A stretch of 64,000 nt of DNA from contig OZ218960.1 in NCBI GenBank assembly GCA_965112735.1, positions 124,001 through 188,000 on the forward strand, in the 5' to 3' direction. The DNA comes from Phaeosaccion multiseriatum (Eukaryota > Protista > Ochrophyta, other classes). The position numbers and the translations under genes were made by a program. The notes under the pieces are model-generated. The model saw only the letters and a list, made by a program, of their open reading frames with translations, made no database searches and had not been told where the DNA came from. Position 1 is the first letter of the stretch; each line of letters starts with the position of its first letter. Below are positions 50,782 through 62,175 of this stretch, one piece after another.

Positions 50782-52690
50782 ATGGTGACCAGAACACCGT
50801 CACGCTCGGAACTAGAGAGGGATAGTACTAGACAGCATGCGCCAGGGTCAGCAGCAGCAATAGCAGCAGGAGGGAGTGGGCCATTAGCTGGGCTGGGAAT
50901 TGCTCGTATTTCATCTCAGAGTAACCTTCCGCAGGCTTCTTCCCAGACGCACAGCGATCGCTTCATCCCCGTGAGGGGAGGCATCGACGCGGCACAGGAG
51001 ACGTACAAAAGGAACGATAGGGAAGAAGAGAATGCCGGTAGGTGAAGAGGCCAGGCGGGCACCTGTGCCGCTAACTTGGGGCTTTTATGGTGGCGAATGG
51101 TGTGCACAACAAGCACCACTCGGGGAAGGCTGGGAGGGGCGGGACGAGGGGCAAGGAGACGTTGGAGGCTGGGAAGCGAAGAGAGGCAAGATGGTGCGGC
51201 TGGGAAGATCCTCTCTGCCGCTTCATCAGTCCGTCTCCGCTCAGAGGACAACTTTGTGCATTGCATTCAATCAACACAGCAGGGGGGCGAGGTCTGTCCT
51301 CCCCTGCTCCACGGCGGCTTGTGTGGCTCACATTTTCCACTCTTCCCTTCCTCCATCCCCCCCCCTCCCTCACTTCCCCCTTTGATAGGGCCAGCAGGAT
51401 CTGCCGGATCAGGAGGGGGGCAGTGCAGCTCGGAGCACAAGAAGGCGATATCGCAGGTGCTGGGGGGGGGTGGCGGGGAGAGGGACCACCGGGTATTGGC
51501 CTTTAGGAACAAGGCACCCGCCCCCGCCGAGGGCCACACCAACAACCTCAAAGTGCTGTACAGCCAAAATAGGAACAAGAGCGGCAGCTCCAGTCAGGTA
51601 CGCAGGCGCTACTGCCACTGCGACTGCCTCGGAGACATGCAACCCCTCGCCTCTCTGCCCTTCCCTGCCCTCTCTCTCTCTGTCCATATCCCTCCACATC
51701 CCTTCCTCTCTCTCTCTCCGTGTGTGTGTGTGTGTGCGTGTTTGTATCTCCCCCTCTCCCTCGTCCTCGCTCTCTACTCTTCACCCACTCACTCGCATTG
51801 TGGCCCTCCCGCAAGGATCCTACATTCGTCTCAATCGCTGCATTTTTCTCCCTCCCGCCCGCCCACCCCCGTCCGCTTCTCTAACATGTCTATCCACAGG
51901 CGTCCCGCAACATCCGCAGCGCCCCAGTCCGCGTCCTTGACGCCCCCGACATCCTCGACGATTACTACCTCAACCTCCTCTCCTGGGGCCCCAACGATCA
52001 GCTCGCGGTGGCTCTGTGGGACACCGTGTACCTCTGGAATGTAAGCTTTGCCAGTGCTTCGTGTAGGCCTAGGCAAAGCTCTAACCCCTGTGTGAGCATG
52101 TATGTCTAACCAAACCCCAGCCTGCTGCCAGACCTGTCTGCCTATAGCACTCGCTGACTCTTTCCCTGCACCCTCCTCCTGCTGCTGTATCACCAACTGC
52201 TGCAGGCGAGCGACGGGAGCATAGCGGAGCTGTTTGCCCTGGAGGGGGAAGAGGACTACATCACCTCAGTGGAGTGGACGCAGCCCGGTGGAGGGGCACA
52301 CCTCGCGGTAGGCACAGCGTCCGCCCAGACACAGCTGTGGGACTGCGACCGGCAGAGGATGGTGAGGAGGGGGTGTGGGGTGGGACAGCAGTGGCGAGAA
52401 GTTTCGATATGGACTCCATTGATGGTGTTGGACATTGACAAGGTCACATGAACTGAAAACTGAAAACTGAGAAGCAGTGGCAGGTACAGGATGGCAATGG
52501 ATGGAGGAGTCTCCCCCCATCGACAGGACGGGCCAAGGGGGGCGTGGGGATACGACGGAGAGGAGCGTAGGATGGCAGTGGATGGAGCAGCACCGTAGAC
52601 AGGGCGGGAGGAGGGGACAGGGCAGCGGACAACAAGTTCCAAACAAGAAGCGACGCAAAGCAGAGCCCGAAAGCTCTCTTCTCTTCTCTC

Positions 52691-52723
<33 letters not shown>

Positions 52724-54614
52724 GTCTATCCTTGTGTTACTCAAGCCAACTATTGGGGCGCGTGTCGCTTACTGTGCCCTCTAACTCCTTCCACACTCGT
52801 TCTTGCGCCCACCCGCCGGCCCTTCCTCCCTATCCACTGCCATCCCCCCTCCTGCCCAGCTGCGCACCATGGACGGTCACTCCAACCGCGTGTCTTGCCT
52901 TGCCTGGAATGAGCATATCGTGTCCTCCGGCTCAAGGGACAGCTCCATCGTGCAGCATGACGTGCGCGTTGGTAGGCACGCCGTCGCCAGCCTCAACGGA
53001 CACGAACAGGAGGTGCGTGGTTGTGTGGGTGTGCATGTGTGTGTACAGAACATGATGATGAGAGAATAGGGTATTGACCAGGTATTCTCTCTCTCTCTGT
53101 GTGTGTGTGTGTGTGTGCTGCCTGTGTGGTCTCTGTGTCCTGAGAACACCGCGTGAGTCCTTCAGGCGTACGTCTCTGTCTCCTACTGATGTACCTATCT
53201 ATCTATCTATCTATCCATCTATCCATCTGCCCATCTGTCTATCTTCCACAACAGGTGTGCGGCCTCAAGTGGTCCCCGGACGGCACCACCCTCGCTAGCG
53301 GCGGCAACGACAACCTCCTTAACCTTTGGGACGCAAGGGTCGCGGCAGGCACCTTCTCCGAGGAGCCAAAGTTCCGCCTCACAGCCCACCAGGTGAGGGG
53401 TATTGAAGGTGCACGAGTTGGTGCTTCATTGGGGCGGAGACGGGAGAGGAGAGGGGGTTGACACCGTCCGCTTCACTTGCTCACCCCTAACTCTTTCGTT
53501 GTCTGTGCTCCCTTGCTTGCTTGGCCCTGCTGCGGCTGCGGCTGCTGCTGCTGCTGCTACTACTTGCTGGTCTGCCTCTCGGCATATTGATTCTGCTGTT
53601 GCTATGGCTAATGCTTGACCCCAGGCCGCTGTGAAGGCCCTGGCGTGGTGTCCCTTCGAGCGAAACGTGCTCGCATCTGGAGGCGGAACGGCAGACCGAT
53701 GCATCAAATTCTGGAACTCATCGACAGGTATGGTAGGGAGAGGTATATGGGTATAAAGGCCTTGGCTCTGCGTAGGGATAGGGCTAGTACCACTGACCAA
53801 TCGTCTCCCCACACACGCCTTCCCTCATCCCCCCGCTCTTCTCTGTGGGTGCGTGTGCGACTCACAGGCGCGACGCTGAACTCCGTGGATACGGGCAGTC
53901 AGGTGTGCTCTCTGCTGTGGTCCAAAACAGAGAAGGAGCTCGTCTCCAGCCACGGATTCGCACAGAACCAGGTATGTACAGTTTCAGTGGCCGACTCTGC
54001 CCGCCCGTACGGTACCGGCCACCGCATGACTCTCCATCAGGCGATGCCGTATCGTATCGAGTGTCTTTCTGTGATGTACTTGATTTGATGCTTAGGGAGG
54101 GAGAGGGTGGGAGGGACGCGTCATGGATGGTACGGGTAGTGGAAGAGAGTACGTACATGTATATACTCTTACGTCACGCTTACGGAGAAAGAAACGTGTG
54201 TGGGAGATGGGCATTTCGCGACGAGAGAGGGAGAGCCTGAATTATTTTTGTCACTAGTCACACACTCTCCATTGGCCCATCACCCAACCAACCAACCAAC
54301 CCATGCCTCCCTGTCTGCTCGTACGCCTGTCCGCCTGTATGTCTATTTACCTGCCCACCACCTGCCCGTCAATGCCCATATGCCTCTAGCTGGCCGTGTG
54401 GAGCTACCCCTCTATGGCTCGCATCAAGGAGCTCGAGGGCCACACATCCCGAGTGCTTCACATGGCAATGTCCCCCGACGGACAGACCGTGGTCTCCGCA
54501 GCCGCAGACGAGACGCTTCGTTTCTGGCACATATTCGACGGCCCTGCCAAGAAGAAGAAGGAGAGAGGGAGACAGGCGCCCCCCAACCTGGCCAGGGCCA
54601 TGCATCTGAGATGA
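50782..54614 (+). CDS. CDC20: APC/C co-activator CDC20 (Fizzy), WD40 protein, multi-exon; start codon uncertain
   Basis: C-box DRFIP, Mad2-binding-like [69 protein letters not shown]....[40 protein letters not shown], and a C-terminal LR tail. Confidence 0.93.
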
Positions 54615-54873
54615 CGGGGGGGATGGCAGTGTACGGCCATGCATCTGAGATGACGGGGGGGATGGCAGTGGACAAGGGCCATGCATCTGAGATGACGGGG
54701 GGGATGGCAGTGTACGGCCATGCATCTGAGATGACGGAGGGGATGGCAGTGTACGGCCATGCATCTGAGATGACGGGGGGGATGGCAGTGGACGGCCATG
54801 CATCTGAGATGACGGGGGGGATGGCAGTGTACGGCCATGCATCTGAGATGACGGGGGGGGGATGGCAGTGGAC
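54596..54873 (+). repeat. 39-bp minisatellite (7 units) overlapping the CDC20 stop codon
   Basis: Unit GGCCATGCATCTGAGATGACGGGGGGGATGGCAGTGTAC; spacings 39,42,39,39,39,39. Confidence 0.95.
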
Positions 54874-55423
54874 GAGCCGGAGATAAGCGCATGAGTAGGA
54901 GAGAGACAGAGGGGGGGCGAACGCATGAGATGGAGGCACGCTGCGTGGATCGGACAGGGAGTAGAGAAGGAGGGCGGGGTGGAGGTTTTGAAGAGCTTTG
55001 CTTGGGAGGTGAAACGTCTGTCCTGTCCGTCTCTGCTTGATTTGATTCATTCGGCGCGGCGGGAGCAGAGCACTGCAGCAGGGCGTTCACGTTTGGCTTA
55101 CATCATGTAACTGTAACTAACAAACAACTAACTGGACACTAAACTAATACAATCTTTAGATGATGATTCGCAATCGACCGGCCTTCTTCGCCTTCACGCC
55201 TTTAGGACATACGACTGACGCCTGCCTGCCTGCCCCCCTGAGGTGAATAAATTGAATCAATTAACCAGTTATGTGGGTTCTGGCACTCTCCCTCTCTCAA
55301 TCAATCAAAATATACATAGAAGGCTCTGCCTGTCTGCCTGTCTGTTTGTCTGCCTGTCTGTCTGCCTGTCTCTCTTGTGTGTTTTTCTCTCTCTGCCCAT
55401 ACGCCTCTACTGTATGCCTCCAT

Positions 55424-58344
55424 CTAGTGCGCGTCCTGCGACCACTGGATGGTCTTGATGTCGATGCCCTCTTGCACCATCTCCCACAGCGGGCTCATGC
55501 TGCGCAGCCTCTCCACGTGCTCGGCAAGCAAGTCAACAGCAAAGTCCACCTCATCCTTAGTGGTGAAGCGGCCTAGAGGCATATGGGGGGTAAGGGGATG
55601 GCAGTCGATGGGGGGACGCGGGGTGGAGCGGGAGTGAGTGAGTGCGTGAATGAGTGAGTGAGTGAGTGAGTGAGTGAGAGAGTGAGTGAGTGAGTGAGTG
55701 AGAGAGTGAGTGAGTGAGTGAGTGAGTGAGAGACAAACAGTCACATAGGGTGCGTGCGCCACCAACGGAGTGGGAGGGTGAGGGGGAGGAGGGCCTGGTG
55801 TGATGGCAACAACTTCCGGAGTGGGAGGGTGAGGGGGAGGAGGGCCTGATGTGATGGCAACAACTTCCTTCTGCTGCATAGCATGTCTAACCCCCACGCC
55901 CACAACTCCTCACTCACTCACTCCCCACCCCACCCCACCCCTCCCACCACCACTCCCTCCTGTGCGCACCGATGCCGAAGCGCAGGCTTGTGTGTGCCAG
56001 CTCCTCGTCCACCCCAATAGCCCGGAGCACATAGGAGGGCTCCAGAGAGGCACTCGTGCACGCACTGCCGCTGCTCACAGCGATGTTCTTGAGGGCCATG
56101 AGCAGGCTCTCGCCCTCCACGTACGCGAAGCTGAAATTCAAATTGCCATCGTAGCGGGACTCCGCGTCGCCGTTGAGCGTCACATCAGGGATGCGACGGG
56201 TGATGGCCTCGGCCATACGCTTGCTCAGGTACGACACCTTCAGGGAGGGGAGGGGGGGAGGGATATCGGGGAGAGAGGGGGGGGGGGAGGGGGCGTGTGG
56301 AAGTGCGTGTGTGAGTGCGTGCGTGTGATGAAGACGGTGTGTGGGAGGGCACATGGGCTGCGCGCGTGCGTGTGTGTGCGCTTCCTCCTCACCCACTGCT
56401 TGTTCCTACTCACCCACTGCTTGTCGTTCTCCATCTCCTCCTGCGCAATCTCGCACGCCGCTCCAAAGCCTGCGCACAGAGCGTGTGGGAGAGTACCGCT
56501 TCGGAGTCCCCTCTCCTGCCCCCCTGGGGATGGCGTACAGGGAGCACAATACAGCATGGGGGCGGCGTGAGTATTGTCCCTCTCGCTGTCTCTCTCTCTA
56601 CCTCTTTCCTCTCCCTTGCCCCCTCTCTCTCGCTCTCCTCGTCCTCTCTACCTCCCCCCCCACCCACTCTCCCTCCCTGCCTCCCTCTCTCCCCCTCCCC
56701 TCTCTCCCACCCACTACCATCCCTCCCTCCCATCCACTGCCATCCCTCTCCTCCCATCCACTGCCATCCCTCCCCTCCCCATCCACTGCCATCCCTCTCC
56801 TCCCATCCACTGCCATCCCTCCCCTCCTATCCACTGCCATCCCTCTCCTCCCATCCACTCTCATCCCTCCCCTCCCCCTCCACTGCCATCCCTCTCCTCC
56901 CTCCCTCACCTCCGCTGAAGATGGGCTCCATCCTGACTCGCGGCCTCCTTCGAACGTAGATCGCGCCCATCCCCTGTGGTGCACGCACACACACACATAC
57001 ACACCCACACACACACAAACACACACACACACACATACACACACACGCACACACACACAGGTGGACAACATGTTCAGTGAAGGCGTTCGTCCAGATCAGT
57101 CTAAGCTAACGAAATGAACGAAATGGACCATATGGACCAAATTGAACATACGGACCAAATGGAACAAATGGACCAAATGGAACAAATGCACCAAATGGAC
57201 CAAATGGAACAAATGGATGTGGACCAAATCGACCAAATGGACCAAATGGACCAAATGGAACAAAATGGAACAAATGGACCAAAATGGAACAAATGGACCA
57301 AAATAGACCAAATGGACCAAATGGAACAAAATGGAACAAAGAGACCAAATGTACCAAATTGACCAAAATGGACCAAATGGACCCAATGGATGTGGACCAA
57401 ATGGACCAAACAAAACAAATGGACCAAAATGGAACAAATGGACCAAATGGACCAAAATGGAACACAGAGACCAAATGGACCAAATTGACCAAAATGGACC
57501 AAATGGACCAATGGATGTGGACCAAATGGACCAAATAAAACAAATGGACCAAATGGACCAAATTGAATATATGGACCAAATGGAACAAACGGACCAAATG
57601 AACCAAATTGACCAAAATGGACCAAATGGACCAAATGGAACAAAATGGAACAAAGACACCAAATGGACCAAATTGACCAAAATGGACCAAATGGACCCAA
57701 TGGACGTGGACCAAATCGACCAAATTGACCAAAATGGACCAAATGGAACAGATGGACTACAGCAGTCATGGAGCGGGACACGGACATAGGGAGGTTCGTG
57801 GGCCGTCAAGCCTCGTCCTCCGCCTGTCAGCCCCACAGTCTGTCTCACTGTCAGCCCCACAGTCTGTCCCACTGTCAGCCTCACCTTAGGGCCGTAGATC
57901 TTGTGACTGGACAGGGACACCTGCGGCGGTAGGAAGAGGAGGGAGGAGGAGGAGGGAGGAGGAGGAGGAGGAGGAGGAGGAGGAGGAGGAGGAGGAGGAG
58001 GAGGAGGAGGAGGAGGAGGAGGGCGAGGAGGAGGAGGAGGAGGAGGAGGAGGAGGAGGAGGGCGAGGAGGAGGAGGCGGAGGGGGAGGGGAGGAGAAGGA
58101 GGGAGGAGAATGATGAGAAGCAGGAGTTCAGCGCGTGCCACGGGTCCATCGGTTGCCGTATTTTCATGGACCCTGGGGAGCCCTGGGGAGAGGAGGGGGG
58201 GGGAAGGGCTCGTGCGGCAAGCAGTGGGTACTTGGTGTCAGTCAGTACTCGGTGTCAGTCAGTCATGCAGGCAGGCAGGCAGGCAGTAAGTACAGGGGCG
58301 GGTGTGCTCACCAAGTCTACGTTCATGTCGTAACTCACCAAGTC

Positions 58345-58382
<38 letters not shown>

Positions 58383-61050
58383 TCGTTAACTCACCAAGTC
58401 TAGGTTCATGTCGTTAACGTCTATCGGCATCTTGCCAAGCATCTGAGCGCAGTCCGAGTGGAAGAACACCTTGGGGGGGGGGGGGAGGAAGGGCACCCAG
58501 CAGAGAAGGAGAGAGGGGGTGAGAAGGGGAGGGTGCATCCTACCTCACAAGCACTCTTGTCCTGACACCCCTTACCCCTCTGTCCTGACACCCCTCCTCC
58601 CTGTCCTGACACACCGCAGCGCTCTGTCTGGAACTCATTCACTACTCACCTTGTGCTTCCTGCAGATGGCGCCGATCTCCTTCATGGGTTGTACCACCCC
58701 GATCTCGTTGTTCACTGACATAACGCTCACCAGCGCTGTTTCGGGCCGGAGGGCGGCCTCCAGCACCTGGGGGGGGTTGGGGGTGCGGGGGAGACCCAAC
58801 AAGGCCAACGATAATCATCATCAGGCCATGTCCACCGAAAATAGGAGGGGCGGCCAATACGCACACGCACACGCACACGCACGCACATGCACGCACACAC
58901 ACCCTTACCTCTAGGTCGACGAGTCCGTTCTCCATGACGGGCAGGTACGTCACCTCGTAGCCCTCCTGCTCCATGGCGCGGCAGCTGTCCAGCACGCACT
59001 GCGGGGGGTGTGATGCAGCAGTTGGTGATACATCATACACATTCCTTGTGAGTACAACCGTTGGTGGGCAAGAGACAGATTCATTGTGAAACAGCAGCTG
59101 GTGATACGGACAGGTTAGACAGATACAGCAGTTGGTGATATGATAGAATAGATGTATATACCTTGTGCTCGGTCTGTGTGGTGACGATGTGCGACTTGCG
59201 CCCCTTGTAGAAGCGTCCAACGCCCTTCACTGCCATATTGTTCGACTCCGTCGCCCCAGACGTGAAGATGATCTGAGAGGAGGGGGGGTCAAGTATGTCC
59301 ATGGGTGAGTCCATGGGTGGGTGAGTGAGTGAGTGGGTGAGGGGGTGGGTGAGGGGGGGGGGGGGAGTGACTCAGTGTTGGCAGCACGACGACGAAAGGT
59401 GCGATATGACGACTACACAAGACCTCGCGCACTAACACACACATACACACACAGACACACACACACACAGACCCTCCTCCCTCCCTCCCTCCCTCCCCGC
59501 CCCCCTTCCCCTCCTTCCTCCCTCTTTGACTCACCTCTCTCGGTGACGCGCCAATGAGCTTTGCGATCTGAGCTCGAGCTGTCTCCACCACCTGCTCCGC
59601 TTCCCAACCGTACGAGTGCGTGCGGGAATGAGGGTTGCCGTATCTGAAGAGAGGGGGCGGGCGGGAGGGAGAGAGGGACGGAGGGAGGGAGGGAGGGAGA
59701 GATGGAGAGGGAGACAAGGGACAGGGAGAGCGAGAAAGAGGGGGGGAGAGAAAAGAGGACAGGGGAGGATACAGTACAGTAAGCTTCTACCCGACACACA
59801 GCAGGTCCATACGCCCCTTCTCGCGCACACAGCAGGCCCGCACACAGCAGGCCCGCATACCCGTATGCCTGCCTATATGCCCATATGCCTGCCTCTCCCC
59901 GCACCTCTCGAGCATGTAGGGCATCATCGCGTCGAGCACTCGGGGGTCCACCGGTGTGGTGGATTGCATGTCCTAGTCACAGGGGCAGCAGTTGGTGATA
60001 CAGATACAGCAGCAGCAGCAGCAGCAGCCGCAGCAGCAGCAGCAGCAGCGGGGGCAGAGGATGAAAGTCATTAGACTTGGCCCACAGCACGAGAAAGACT
60101 GCAAGAGCAGTAGTAGTAGCAACAGTAGGAATCGCAGTGGGAGGGCAAGCAGTACAGCAGAGAGGAAGTTTTCTGTCTGTCTGCCATTTCCGCTGCTGAT
60201 GCGCTTTTCTTCTCCTCCCAATCCCCTCCACACACGGCCCACCCCCTGCACTGCCCAGCTCGCCCCGTCCTCCCTCCCTCACGCCCCCCCCACCCCGCGC
60301 TCCATCCCTCGCTCACTCTCTCCCTCTTCCCTCACTCACTCACTCACTCACTCACTCACCAAGTAAGCTGCTCGACCTTCGAGGGCCTTCCCCTTGATGC
60401 TGAAGCCCGGAGACCACACCTGGTCACTCCCCATGCTCTTCAGCACATCCTCTGGGACCTCAGTGGACGGGGCGTAGCGCTTGTCCTTGGCCATCTTCTC
60501 GTACGAAGTTGTTGCGGCAGGAGTCCCATCGCCACTGCTGCTGCCTGTGGGGAGGGACAGGGAGGGGGTGCCATTGAGGGTACTGAGGGGGGCGGGGGGA
60601 GGAGGCCAAGGGAGAGAGGACAAGTGGAGCGACAGCTAGAGAAGCGATATGGTACTCCTTTGTACCCCTCTGCGGCGTTCATCATACTCCACTGCTTCTG
60701 ATGTCGCTCTTCTGGAGGGGAGTAGAGAGGGGGGCGCCGCAGCCCCTCAAAAGACAACAAAGACCGGCAAGATCGGAGCAGGAAAAAGGACAGAGGACAA
60801 GCTATTCACGGACAGAAGGAGTGAGGTCGAAGACACCGAGGCATGAGGGGAAGGGAGAGGGAGTCAGCCCAGCCCGCTCATCAAAAGCCTCATGATGACT
60901 TGATGAGGCGGGCCAAAGGCGACATTCGAAGGACGCACCTGCCGCGAAAGCTCGCCGGCCTAACCGATGCAGCACTTTCTGCTGCTGCAGCTGATTCCCT
61001 CCTGCCTCCCCCAAGCCTCTCCCCAGCCGTAATAGCGATAGCGCTCGCAT
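55424..61050 (-). CDS. NFS1: Mitochondrial cysteine desulfurase NFS1/IscS, multi-exon
   Basis: Presequence [11 protein letters not shown]. Motifs [72 protein letters not shown] (PLP Lys), [29 protein letters not shown] and SPLWEM...IQWSQDAH. Confidence 0.96.
56705..56900. repeat. About 24-25-bp minisatellite (CCCATCCACTGCCATCCCTCTCCT) in an NFS1 intron
   Basis: About 7 tandem copies directly after the donor near 56909. Confidence 0.9.
57110..57758. repeat. 9-bp satellite (GGACCAAAT / GGAACAAAT) in an NFS1 intron
   Basis: About 650 bp array; A-rich island. Confidence 0.95.
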
Positions 61051-62175
61051 TTAAAAGATCCTGGATGTGACTCCACAAGGGCCAGAACGGGGAAATTTAA
61101 ACTCATACCATCGTATTTCTCCCATTGATGTTCGATGATGTGACGATGATGGAGGAAAAAGAGAAGAGAAAAATCATATGTAGCAAAGAGAGAACAAGGG
61201 CACTTAAACAACGGTCATTCTCTTAGGGCACTTAAAGGAAACAACGGTCGTGAACGTAATACAACTGTACTTCGTAGTTTGAGTGGCAATATTGGGGAGC
61301 AAAGCCGTAGTCTATAGTCTGCCGGTGGGAACGGGAAGGCAATCCCCCCCGGCCTCCCGGCCTCGAGGCGACGGAAGCAGGGGCAAGGTAAGCAGGTCAG
61401 GAAGTGACCCTCCCCCCCCCCCCCCTGTCACTCATGCCCCATCCACGCCATCACGCTCCTCTGGGACACACACCCTCATTCACTCCCCTTCCCTCCTGCT
61501 CGTGGTCCTCATCCTGCCGCCTCTGCTTCTCTGCACCCCTCCCTCCCTCCCTCCCTCCCTCTCTCCAAAGCACCCCTCGCATGGGGAGGGGGCTTCCCAA
61601 GCCCCACCTCACAGTTGAGCTGGCTGCTGCAGCTGCTGTATCGCCAACTGCTGCAGCTGCCCGCAGGTCCCTTGGGGCAGAGCTTAGAGCCAGTTCTCCA
61701 TCCAGTCATTTGCCGCCCCTCTCGCGCTTTGCCTTCCTTCCTTCCTTCCTTCCTTCCTTCCTTTGTGCGTGCCTCCTCCTCTCCTGTCGGGGCTGCTCTC
61801 TCCCGCCCCCCTCCCGCCTCACGACATGCCCACTGTCTCCCTCCCCTCTCCCCACTCATTTCTCTCCTGCCCCCCCCCCCCCCCCCGGATCAAGTCTCCT
61901 TCTCCGTGCGTAAAACCCCCAAACCCCCTGCGCCACCGCTCAATATCTCTCCATCTCTCTCTCTCTCTCTCTCTCCATCTCTCTCTCTCTCTCTCTCCCT
62001 CTCCATCTCTCTCTCTCCATCTCTCTATCTCTCTCTCCCTCTCCATCTCTCTCTCTCTCCAGCTCTCTCTCTCCATCTCTCTCTCGCCCGCTCTCTCTCT
62101 ATCCCAAGCTGCAAGTCTTTGGGGAAGAGTTGACTTTCGGTGCGAGTTTCAGTGCCCCAAAGCTTTCAATTCCAG

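Noticed and set aside
54596-54873. CRISPR-like appearance of regularly spaced ~39-bp repeats
   Set aside because: No unique spacers, eukaryotic context, and no cas genes; it is a minisatellite.
57096-57920. ORFs of 150-270 aa with [15 protein letters not shown] repeats (collagen-like look)
   Set aside because: By-products of a stop-poor 9-bp satellite inside an NFS1 intron.
11448-61050. Functional cluster of mitochondrial genes (HslV, PheRS, NFS1) or cell-cycle genes (STAG, CDC20)
   Set aside because: Interspersed with unrelated housekeeping genes; consistent with ordinary gene order.
966-61650. Chi/KOPS-like chromosomal strand skew of the CAGTTGGTGATAC motif (17 forward vs 3 reverse)
   Set aside because: Copies cluster in a few genes, so there are too few independent loci to claim skew.
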